64,000 bases of DNA, taken from the IMG/VR virus record IMGVR_UViG_3300037140_000126, positions 60,955-124,954 of that record; one strand, 5' to 3'. This DNA is from a virus. A program made the position numbers and the translations under genes. Below, one piece after another: positions 1 to 8,212 of the stretch (positions within the stretch are counted from its first letter, which is position 1; each line of letters starts with the position of its first letter). The notes beneath the pieces were generated by a model. It was not told the origin of the DNA. It made no database searches and worked only from the letters and a program-made list of their open reading frames with translations.

Positions 1-420
1 GCTGACCATTGCTGTCTTAGGGGCTCCTGAAGCAGACAGCGGGCCAGCGGTAGTTGCTGTTGAGCCATCCAGCAGGTTGATAGGATTAGTGCCCGTTGCG
101 ATCTTGAAGGCCATGCGCGACGCTTCGCGGAACTTGAATTCGAACGACTCGCCGACTTGCCCTCTGTATTGCGCCCGGACTGCACCGCGATAACCGGAAC
201 GTACTTGGCCGATCTTTGATGCAGGCGTGATCTTGAAATCCTTGATCCAGCCCAAATCTGTAAAGCCCGCCGGTGGGGAATACGTATTGAACGGACCACC
301 AGTCTGCAAATCCAGCATCGTCGGGCCTACAGAAGTATTGGCGACCGACGATCCTAAGGCGGCGTTATAGGGCGCAAAGAATGCCCTATATCCGGCCCCG
401 ATCATGAGCATGTTCTTAAG
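1..420 (-). CDS. Putative major tail (tube) protein, exon 2 (runs off window)
   Basis: Hand translation after the intron: LKNMLMIGAGYRAFFAPY...GFTDLGWIKDFKITPASKIGQVRSGYRGAVRAQYRGQVGESFEFKFREAS..., open to position 1; sits after neck genes. Confidence 0.65.
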
Positions 421-650
421 CTTTGTTACAAATCAGGTTTTCTGATTTGGGTTGGTCATTTCTGCCAACCTCTTACGGTTCTTATTCCCGTAAGCCCCGA
501 CTATTGCATCACCATTCTTGCACTCTCGGTGCCTTCTCGCTTAGTCTGTCAGCGTCCCTTTAGGGTTCGCCCTCGTTGCCATTCTCAGGGTTCGAGTCAA
601 TCAGAGAAGGTTTTACTTCCGCAAGAACGCTACGTGATACGGAAGGGCTG
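421..650 (-). ncRNA. Group I intron, no internal ORF (~230 nt)
   Basis: Minus strand: P2 CUUCCGUA/UGCGGAAG, P3 CCUUCUC/GAGAAGG (604-610/532-538), P7 GACUA/UAGUC (in GACAGACUAAG and GCAAUAGUC), P8 CACC/GGUG, P9-type hairpins, ends ...GUAACAAAG; exact 5' splice site uncertain. Confidence 0.85.
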
Positions 651-674
651 AACTAATGCCTTTGAGAGTGCCAT
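651..674 (-). CDS. Tail tube gene exon 1 (MALSKALV)
   Basis: AAGGAG RBS then ATG at 674; codon 8 (GTT) is the only U-ending codon boundary that joins in frame to exon 2. Confidence 0.55.
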
Positions 675-767
675 TTTAGTTAAGTCTCCTTATAGTTACG
701 TTTGGGGCCACTTCCGGTAGACTTAACCGAATTGCCCCATGACCAACTGTCCTGGCCATCAGCTTAA

Positions 768-1493
768 CTATTGGCACTCTTCTTCACATGCTTCCAACGA
801 AGTCAGAATTCTAAACTCAATGTCCGCAGATTTACAAAACGCTCTTGCGGCCCTAAACTTGGCTTGATTCTTTGGGTCCTTGAGAAAGGCGACTGGTTTG
901 ATTTCTTCCAGTATATGCGTGCCATCTGCGTAGCAAATCAGCAAATCGGGAAGGTAATAATGCGCCTTGCCATTCAAACTGTATGGAATCCGTACAGGTG
1001 TGCGTCTATAACTTGACACTTCGTTAGAAAGTTCAAGCACACGCATACGAGCTAACTCCCAAGAACAGTCGTAATGCATAGTCCTGTGATTCTTTTTGGA
1101 GTAGAAGTCACCGTGCTTACCACGGTTTACACGAGTTTTCCAGTAACGCTCTGTTCCATCAGCGTCCTTAATAAAGTTACGAATGTTTTGTGCGGGGTCT
1201 AAACGCCCGTCGGCAATCGCTTCACGGACACCAGCACTATTCCTCTCTCGGTGAACGTGGCACACCTTCTTGCCCTTAGGCCATCCCATGTGTATATTAT
1301 GCTCAAGATTATATGCACGTAGCCGCTTACCATTCTCGACTTTAGCTTTTGCACCTTCCGCCGTGAAAAGACGAGGGCCACACGAATCTTTCACACCTTT
1401 CGGTCGTCCAGCAGCGCTCATATCACGCTTCGCGTAACGCCCATCGCGCCACGCTTTGCGGAGCTTTGCTTTCTTTTGTTCAGGGCATTTCAT
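768..1493 (-). CDS. TnsA-like PD-(D/E)xK endonuclease (free-standing homing or head-completion nuclease)
   Basis: C-terminal YLPDLLICYADG...EEIKP motif; basic N-terminal region. Confidence 0.7.
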   Translation of the reverse strand: MKCPEQKKAKLRKAWRDGRYAKRDMSAAGRPKGVKDSCGPRLFTAEGAKAKVENGKRLRAYNLEHNIHMGWPKGKKVCHVHRERNSAGVREAIADGRLDPAQNIRNFIKDADGTERYWKTRVNRGKHGDFYSKKNHRTMHYDCSWELARMRVLELSNEVSSYRRTPVRIPYSLNGKAHYYLPDLLICYADGTHILEEIKPVAFLKDPKNQAKFRAARAFCKSADIEFRILTSLEACEEECQ

Positions 1494-1513
1494 AGTCGAA
1501 AGTATAACACTCC

Positions 1514-2032
1514 TCAGAAAATCTGATCCGTAAAGTCAGTTATTCTTACGGTGCCCGTCCCGTACGTCACACCGCTATTTTTCTCGTTGCGGTCCACGAT
1601 ACTGACAGGCGACCAGATGATAAATTCTGCCGGATCAACTGGAATAGCGACGAGCGCTCCAGCGGCACTCACAACGACATTTTGCTTTTGTGCAAATCTT
1701 GGGTACACACCGTTCTCCAGCTCGCCCTTCATCGTGAAGTGTGTACGATAGCGGTCGCCTCTGCCACGCATTTGAATTCCCGTCTGAATGTCCGTACCGA
1801 CAATCATCCATGTCCATTGCACTGTATGCACCTTAACAGGAATCGACGCCGAATCCGCTTGCTTTCCCAAGGGCACTTCCCCGAGCACGAGCAGATAGAA
1901 AGACTCTGTTTCTACGTTCTTCGGTGGCCAGTCCTGTGCACTCATCACACCGATTACTTTACGGCTTGCATTCAGAGCTTGAATGCGCGTCTTGACCCAC
2001 AAATAATGCGAATCCACACTAGCCGCATACAC
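1514..2032 (-). CDS. Putative tail completion/terminator protein
   Basis: 172 aa, position between neck and tube genes; no diagnostic motif. Confidence 0.4.
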   Translation of the reverse strand: MYAASVDSHYLWVKTRIQALNASRKVIGVMSAQDWPPKNVETESFYLLVLGEVPLGKQADSASIPVKVHTVQWTWMIVGTDIQTGIQMRGRGDRYRTHFTMKGELENGVYPRFAQKQNVVVSAAGALVAIPVDPAEFIIWSPVSIVDRNEKNSGVTYGTGTVRITDFTDQIF

Positions 2033-2033
2033 G

Positions 2034-2504
2034 TCAGTAAATCCTTCTTACCATGAGTTGCTGCAAGCCCGCATATCGCTCTGCACCGATAATCTTGATA
2101 ACGTCAAGCTCCATGTCTTCCTCGGGTGCTTTCATACGCAGCAGCATCATCAGCCACATGTACCACCACAACTTTGCAGGCTGCATACTGTCGAACGATT
2201 CACACGCAAACGTGAACGTAGCGCCGAATGCGTCTTTCGGTTCAAACTTGGCCATCGACAGGCACGCGTCCTTGAAGTTTGTTCTGTAGCAACGCGTCCC
2301 AACAAGAGATGCATTGCGTAGATTCGCACCTTCAAAGTTCGCATAGCTCAAATCCGCATCATCGAAGTTCGCCCCAATTAAACTGGCACAGCGAAAATCA
2401 GCATGATCGAGTTTCTGTCCGGAGAAATTGCGGTTCGCCAGTTTCTTATTATAAAAGTCTTTCCCCACCCTGTCGGCACGTACAGTTGGCATCGTGTTCC
2501 CCAT
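2034..2504 (-). CDS. Pentapeptide repeat protein
   Basis: ADFRC-ASLIG-ANFDD-ADLSY-ANFEG-ANLRN repeats. Confidence 0.85.
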   Translation of the reverse strand: MGNTMPTVRADRVGKDFYNKKLANRNFSGQKLDHADFRCASLIGANFDDADLSYANFEGANLRNASLVGTRCYRTNFKDACLSMAKFEPKDAFGATFTFACESFDSMQPAKLWWYMWLMMLLRMKAPEEDMELDVIKIIGAERYAGLQQLMVRRIY

Positions 2505-2507
2505 GTC

Positions 2508-3023
2508 CTATACCTCTCTCGTCAACATTAAAGCGTTTGAATCCTCGTCTTCGTCCAGCAGATCATCTCCTGCACTAATCACGCGGATATCATCGTAGAG
2601 TTGTCCTGTATCGACTGGGACATGCTCTCTGATGATGTCCCTTACGCGTGATGCCGTTCGTTCGACTACCTGTTGAAACTCCTCGTGAATCCCCTCGGCC
2701 GTTGTACTGGTGAACTTGAGTCTCCCTATCTCTTGCTCGAATGCGGCCCAGTACAACGGTGTATTCACGCGGATGTACCCGTGTGGTGCTTGAATCGACA
2801 AGAACACCCGCTCGCCGTCAGGATTCGTTCCGATAGTTGTCTTAGGGCCAATTTTTGTCTGCCGTATATTCCCCCATTCCCAAACGAGGGCATACGCAGC
2901 AGCGGGCCCTTCGACGCCGACACCCGCTTCGATTGGCGTTCTATCCGCCTGTGCAAACTCAGACAAGAATTTCTTCGTGTCGAGTTGCAACAACGGATAA
3001 AGTGCTGTGAATAAGGTAGCCAT
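2508..3023 (-). CDS. HK97 gp10-like neck/tail protein
   Basis: IIREHVPVDTGQLYDDI motif. Confidence 0.65.
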   Translation of the reverse strand: MATLFTALYPLLQLDTKKFLSEFAQADRTPIEAGVGVEGPAAAYALVWEWGNIRQTKIGPKTTIGTNPDGERVFLSIQAPHGYIRVNTPLYWAAFEQEIGRLKFTSTTAEGIHEEFQQVVERTASRVRDIIREHVPVDTGQLYDDIRVISAGDDLLDEDEDSNALMLTREV

Positions 3024-3033
3024 GTGACCTACC

Positions 3034-3363
3034 TCACTGAAGATCGTTGAGTATATTTACAAGCAACGTCTGGTTCGTGCCGTCGGTCGCTTGATCCGTG
3101 TTCACCAGAACCTTTGCCAGCAATGTACCCAACTCCTGGGCTTTGAGCAGGCATAAGTTTAGGTTGCCGAGATAGTCCATCATGCCACCGGGGATTGACC
3201 CACTGGCGTAAACGCCTGTACCACCAGTGAAGTTTCCAGCACCACCAGTTGCCGTCAGTGCCGATGGGTTAGTAGCGTTTACTGACGTTGCCGCCTTGAT
3301 AGCGACGTTGTTATTCGTAATGACTGTTTTCAAATCTGCCACGATTGTTGTGCTGTTCGCCAT
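3034..3363 (-). CDS. Hypothetical structural-region protein
   Basis: 109-aa ORF with RBS, in operon. Confidence 0.55.
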   Translation of the reverse strand: MANSTTIVADLKTVITNNNVAIKAATSVNATNPSALTATGGAGNFTGGTGVYASGSIPGGMMDYLGNLNLCLLKAQELGTLLAKVLVNTDQATDGTNQTLLVNILNDLQ

Positions 3364-3396
3364 AAACTTAGTTCTCCTTTTGAATTTTTACAGCTC

Positions 3397-3657
3397 TTAC
3401 CACAAACCACCAATCGAACGCCGTACAGGGTTGACTTGTACGCGTGCCCGTCCATACGCTTTGCTGACAGGCTCCAATTCATTTAATGAGATTGTCACGC
3501 GAGTCTGGTCTGCCGGAAACGAAACGACAGCTTTCGTCCCGTTCTCGGCAAATGCGAGAATCGTGCCTAGCTTAATAAGATTACTTCCACGCCCATGAAG
3601 TATCGGGCGTCTAACGCGTACCTGATCCTGAATGCGAAAACCTATTTCTTGTTTCAT
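3397..3657 (-). CDS. Small SH3/KOW-like protein
   Basis: FRIQDQVRV...GTILAF...AVVSF...LNELEPV pattern. Confidence 0.5.
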   Translation of the reverse strand: MKQEIGFRIQDQVRVRRPILHGRGSNLIKLGTILAFAENGTKAVVSFPADQTRVTISLNELEPVSKAYGRARVQVNPVRRSIGGLW

Positions 3658-3658
3658 T

Positions 3659-4174
3659 TCAGCTCCCTTCGACCGTGACTGGTACTTCTTGATAAGACGT
3701 ATCGAGCGTCCAGGCTAGAATCTGCCCAGCAATCTGTTCGTTGTCGATACCGTCGATCTTGTGCAACCGGTTGTCATAGTACAGACCAATTACTGTTGGA
3801 TCACGCCACACTTGATACGGGTCCGTGTAGCCCATTAGATTCATACGGGCTTTTACAAACGTATGGCTGACATAGAACGTGCGGCCGGAGAACATGAATC
3901 GTGCCTGATTGAGTCCAATGTCTCCCGCTTTGCCGCCTTTTGCTCCTGCCGACCAGACTTCTACAGGAGGTTTGATCGGTATGTCCATAAACCCTGTTTC
4001 CTCGGGCTGCATCGCCCCTGTCGGACTAAACTCAAATCCCAATTCGGCGAATCCAACATCGGGCGTCACATAGTTCTGAATTCTCAGGGCACAGGGCAGT
4101 CCCGGACGGAAATAGCGCAACATACTGTCGTACATGAAGCGTACGCCAAATCCCCATGGCACTCCACCGCCCAT
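3659..4174 (-). CDS. Putative head-closure/neck protein
   Basis: 171 aa, follows connector gene; positional inference. Confidence 0.4.
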   Translation of the reverse strand: MGGGVPWGFGVRFMYDSMLRYFRPGLPCALRIQNYVTPDVGFAELGFEFSPTGAMQPEETGFMDIPIKPPVEVWSAGAKGGKAGDIGLNQARFMFSGRTFYVSHTFVKARMNLMGYTDPYQVWRDPTVIGLYYDNRLHKIDGIDNEQIAGQILAWTLDTSYQEVPVTVEGS

Positions 4175-4726
4175 TTATTGCTCCGCCTCGGAGAATAGAC
4201 CAAAGTTCCCGCCGCCCGCTAGTATTAGAATGTGATGCATGACAGGTGCAAGATGGATCACAGCAACATGCAAAGCTTGTACTGCCTCATGTGCACCGCC
4301 AAGTCCTACGGCGGCCTTCGCAAGGCCTTTCGTCGCTTTTACAATGGCATCCGTAAACATCTTGAACCCGTCCCAGGATTGTGCTAAATCGCCAAGACGC
4401 TTGGCGAACCAGAGGTGCTTCAAAACAATGCCCGTCCTTGTTTTGGAACTCTCGATTTTACCAAGTGTTTTTTCGTCCGTCTTCATCGTGTCGTAGCTTG
4501 CTTTTGCCCAGTTGGCTACTTTCTTCGTCAGTTTTGTACCAGGCTTTGGCGCGGCAGTCGCGGCCTTTCCCTTCGCAAAGCCCTTCGTAACGGCAGGAAC
4601 AGTTTTTCTTCCGCGTCCACGACTATCCCATGCTTTCTGTACGCCCTCAGCAGTGCCATAAGCATGTATTGCTGAATAGCCAGCAAGCTCCGATGCACAG
4701 TGCATATCAGTCAGTCGTCTAATCAT
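4175..4726 (-). CDS. Basic protein with AIHA-YGTAEGVQKAWDSRGRGRK cargo-type motif
   Basis: Motif shared with ORFs ending at 38299 and 54676. Confidence 0.6.
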   Translation of the reverse strand: MIRRLTDMHCASELAGYSAIHAYGTAEGVQKAWDSRGRGRKTVPAVTKGFAKGKAATAAPKPGTKLTKKVANWAKASYDTMKTDEKTLGKIESSKTRTGIVLKHLWFAKRLGDLAQSWDGFKMFTDAIVKATKGLAKAAVGLGGAHEAVQALHVAVIHLAPVMHHILILAGGGNFGLFSEAEQ

Positions 4727-4747
4727 GTTTACTCCATGCTACTATTA

Positions 4748-5536
4748 CTAATATGCAATGACGTTAGCGTAAGGCCTCAGCCAGCGTTCTATCGTCGGGT
4801 CAATCATATCGTCCGTAAACTGACCGCTGACACGCCACACACTAAAACTTTTCATGCCTGTCGTGCCGCCACCTCTTGATAAGAAGTTCTTACATAAAGC
4901 CGCACACGCATGTTTGATGCTCTTCGGCATGTCCCTCGGATCGTAACCCGAGTTGTACTGAATAAAGACTTCCGTGTACTGGCTCAAGTAAAGTCCTGCG
5001 GGAAGCCAGATTTCACCTGTGATCGGATCAACGTCCGCTTTCGTCAAGTCAATCGGCGTGAACTGCGGCGGGCCACCGAAGAAACTCGCAATCTGCAAGA
5101 TGTTCGCGCCGTAGTTCAAGTCTGGATACACCATCTGGCTGCCACGTCGGCCATAACCGTAGCGTCCTGAACAACTGACAATCGGCGTCAGCGCCACTTG
5201 ATCGTATGGCGGCGGCGCTGCCGTGTTCGCTGTAAAGCCCGTATAGTAGTTCTGTCCGCTTGCTGCTAGACAGTTGGCCAGCGATCGAGTTAGTCCTACA
5301 AGAGGCCGGAACATTGTGCGAAAGATATTCCGGCCCTCCGGCAGGTACATGCGTTGCGAGTAAGTAGTATAGACGAGCGAGCCATTTCCGTCACCGTCCG
5401 TGCGGCCACAGTATTCATCAATCAGGCTGCTTGACGCTTCGACAAGCGAAAGAATATTCGGCTGGTCGTCAACGCTCGGCAACCCGAACGACTCTAATTC
5501 ACTAGGCATCAAGTACAATGGCTGAAATGCTGGCAC
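4748..5536 (-). CDS. Head-tail connector (gp6/gp15-like)
   Basis: ASSLIDEYCGR N-terminus, YNSGY..MPKSIKHACAAL C-terminus; directly after capsid gene. Confidence 0.7.
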   Translation of the reverse strand: MPAFQPLYLMPSELESFGLPSVDDQPNILSLVEASSSLIDEYCGRTDGDGNGSLVYTTYSQRMYLPEGRNIFRTMFRPLVGLTRSLANCLAASGQNYYTGFTANTAAPPPYDQVALTPIVSCSGRYGYGRRGSQMVYPDLNYGANILQIASFFGGPPQFTPIDLTKADVDPITGEIWLPAGLYLSQYTEVFIQYNSGYDPRDMPKSIKHACAALCKNFLSRGGGTTGMKSFSVWRVSGQFTDDMIDPTIERWLRPYANVIAY

Positions 5537-5550
5537 GCTAGTCTAACTCC

Positions 5551-6540
5551 TTACCTCGTTGTCATAACGATACTATGTGCGTAATTAGGTCCCTTAGCTA
5601 CTACTCCACCAAATTTTACTATTACAAATTGGGCTGCCAAATTTCCGACGAGCCCGAGTTGGAATACCCTTGGGATCGGTGAAGTCAGCCAGTGATACTC
5701 GACAAACTCTTCCGACAGGATGAAGCCCGTGTACTGGTTCAAACTCCCTGACGGCAGCACTGTCAAGCCTGCGTCCGGAATCAACGGCAGCAGGCCCGCT
5801 TGCGTGGGCAAGGCCTTGACGATCACTCCAGGGATCACTTCGACTTCGTTGTAGTAGAGTTGCACGGTCTTCGCTTCCTGATCGAACAAGTCCGCGAACA
5901 ACGGGTTCATGTAGAAGCCGCTCGGTTTGACTTCGAAATCCTGCCGGGCGACCATGCCTGCTACTTGCGTCTTCGTGCCGTCAACAAGACTCGATGACGA
6001 ACCGATTGTCTTGACTTGGTTGAATCCACCCAAGACTGCCGCAGTTGCGATTTGACCCGAAATGCCGTAATACTGTGAAGAAGTCGGCACGACTAAATCC
6101 GAGTCCGCTCCGTTCCACAGTTTCAAGTCATGCTGCTTCAGCACAGCATCCACTTGATCGGTCAGGTCCTTCGCTTCAAGGTACGGGAACTGTCCTTGCT
6201 GCTGGTTCACTTCCACGTCGAAAATCGAGTAATTAATCTGGGCGACGATAGCCTTCAGAGTGATTACTTTCTCAACGCGCTCGGGTTGGCTCGCTGTCGT
6301 CGCAATGGCTCTCGGATCGACGAACGATGCTGTCCCGATGCTGAGTTGCTCGAAATACCTGCTCGGTTGGCCCGTAGCAGGCACTTGGTTGATACGCTGG
6401 CCGAGTACGAATCGCCTCCGGACAAGATCGAAGATTTCCGCTTGATAGCGGTTGACCTCGATTGCACCGGGAGCGAGATAGTCGGCGGCAGCTTGCACAG
6501 ACCCGATGAATCGGGCTGATCTTAAATTTGCTGCTCCCAT
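5551..6540 (-). CDS. Major capsid protein (HK97 fold likely)
   Basis: 329 aa after protease-scaffold; KAIVAQINYSIFD...HDLKLWNGAD capsid-like segments. Confidence 0.8.
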   Translation of the reverse strand: MGAANLRSARFIGSVQAAADYLAPGAIEVNRYQAEIFDLVRRRFVLGQRINQVPATGQPSRYFEQLSIGTASFVDPRAIATTASQPERVEKVITLKAIVAQINYSIFDVEVNQQQGQFPYLEAKDLTDQVDAVLKQHDLKLWNGADSDLVVPTSSQYYGISGQIATAAVLGGFNQVKTIGSSSSLVDGTKTQVAGMVARQDFEVKPSGFYMNPLFADLFDQEAKTVQLYYNEVEVIPGVIVKALPTQAGLLPLIPDAGLTVLPSGSLNQYTGFILSEEFVEYHWLTSPIPRVFQLGLVGNLAAQFVIVKFGGVVAKGPNYAHSIVMTTR

Positions 6541-6584
6541 CTGATTTGTTTCTCCTGTTTTGATTTAGACGCTCACGCGCCCGG

Positions 6585-8129
6585 TTAGTTCACACCACGG
6601 TGTATCTCGCCCTGATCCATCAGCTCGGCCGCAGTCAACTGGTTTTTGAACCACATTCTCGTTGTCGGATCGAGTTCGACCGGAGCGTTTGCAAAAATCT
6701 GATCGACCTCTTCGACACTGAGTTTCTTGCCTTCGGCCTTGAGTTCCCGCACATCCACGTTGTTCTTCGAAAGGAAGTTGCCCAATTCGGCCGAAACAGA
6801 ACGCCTGTCCGTCTTCTCAGCGTACTGCTCCGCTTGTGCTTCGAGGGCATCGACTTGGTTCTGCAAAGTTCCCAGTCTATTGTCCGCATTCGCTTTCAAC
6901 GTGCGGTACTTCTTGCGCAACGCACGATGCGAAGCATAGAGTTCCCGAATAACCGAAGACGCTTGAATCGAACGCGTGCTGCTTGCTTTGACGAGTTCTT
7001 TCATGTGCTTTGGCTTTCCGATTTTCCCTGTGCGGGTTGTCTTGTCGCCCATGTTTTCGAAGTCCTTGTTGAGTTCCCCTGGTTTATCTTCTCCGGCGGT
7101 GTCGTCTTCCAAGTCCTCCAGCGCTGCATCGAGGTCCTCATCGTCATCGTCGTCCTCTTCGTCTTTCTTTTTCTTTTTGCTGTCAGCCTCGTCATCGTCC
7201 TCGCTGTCGGCGGCCATTTCTTCTTCCGCCTTCGCAGCGAGTTCATCGACCTCTTCCTCAACATCATCGTCCTCATGATGCGAGGCTTCGAGGCTTAGTG
7301 CTTTTGCTTCTTCCACGGAAGCAGCAATACTGGTAATGCTCGCTTGCTGCCTCTTTAGCACGCTAACGAATGGCTGCAACGATTCCGTTACAGCTTTGGC
7401 AATCGCCGGGCCGACACCAGCAGCAATTGCTTGTACAAGTCGCTGGCCGTCGCTGCTCGCTGCTTTCTCCTTCTTTTCAGGCTTCATACGTCCTCCTTCA
7501 GATTGACGGTCGTTTGCCGCTGCTGCGGCCAGTACCGTTTTTAATGCGATCTTGCGGATTTCTTTTTTCACACGAGAACCCCACATCTCACCGAGGTGCT
7601 GAATCGCACCGGCACTCAAACTCGTTTGCGTATACGCGGCAGCGCTCTTGAACAGGATCGTCGCACCGCTGAAATGAAAGTCTTCGAGGTACCAAACAGG
7701 GGCGTCTTTCTGACGTACAGTCACATCTTGCAACTCCATGCTCATGCCTAGTCTTCCCGTTTGCATGTCCTTCTTGACTTTCGGGAAGTCGCGCTGCCAG
7801 AAAAAGCCATTCACGATGACTTTGTTTCCCTCGATTTTTGCGCCTGTAATCACACCGACTTTATGTTGTGGCGCATGGGCCGAAAGCTCTGCTGAATAGT
7901 TCACACCCATGTTGATAAGGCTCGTCAGGCGCTTCTTTGCAACAGTAGTGGGAACGTAAATACGGTGACCTTCGGCCCCATGCGGGGGTTTATCGGAGGG
8001 AACATCGAGTAGCAGAAGAGTGCCCGTAAAGGGCATCTTATTTGGATGGATTTTATCTTGAGGACCTACGGCGCAGACGCCAATGCAGCCGTCATTGCCG
8101 AATCTCATTGTTGAGAGGCGCAGTTTCAT
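6585..8129 (-). CDS. Prohead protease fused to acidic/coiled-coil scaffold
   Basis: N-domain with SAHAPQHKVGVI and GMSMEL (His/Ser of HK97/herpes-type protease pattern); D/E-rich and coiled-coil C-terminal part. Confidence 0.7.
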   Translation of the reverse strand: MKLRLSTMRFGNDGCIGVCAVGPQDKIHPNKMPFTGTLLLLDVPSDKPPHGAEGHRIYVPTTVAKKRLTSLINMGVNYSAELSAHAPQHKVGVITGAKIEGNKVIVNGFFWQRDFPKVKKDMQTGRLGMSMELQDVTVRQKDAPVWYLEDFHFSGATILFKSAAAYTQTSLSAGAIQHLGEMWGSRVKKEIRKIALKTVLAAAAANDRQSEGGRMKPEKKEKAASSDGQRLVQAIAAGVGPAIAKAVTESLQPFVSVLKRQQASITSIAASVEEAKALSLEASHHEDDDVEEEVDELAAKAEEEMAADSEDDDEADSKKKKKDEEDDDDDEDLDAALEDLEDDTAGEDKPGELNKDFENMGDKTTRTGKIGKPKHMKELVKASSTRSIQASSVIRELYASHRALRKKYRTLKANADNRLGTLQNQVDALEAQAEQYAEKTDRRSVSAELGNFLSKNNVDVRELKAEGKKLSVEEVDQIFANAPVELDPTTRMWFKNQLTAAELMDQGEIHRGVN

Positions 8130-8212
8130 TTGCCAGCCGACTCCGGAAGTTCCGCATCATCCACATATCGTCTACTTCCTCATCGGCACAAACTACGCCA
8201 TCCACGAAATTC

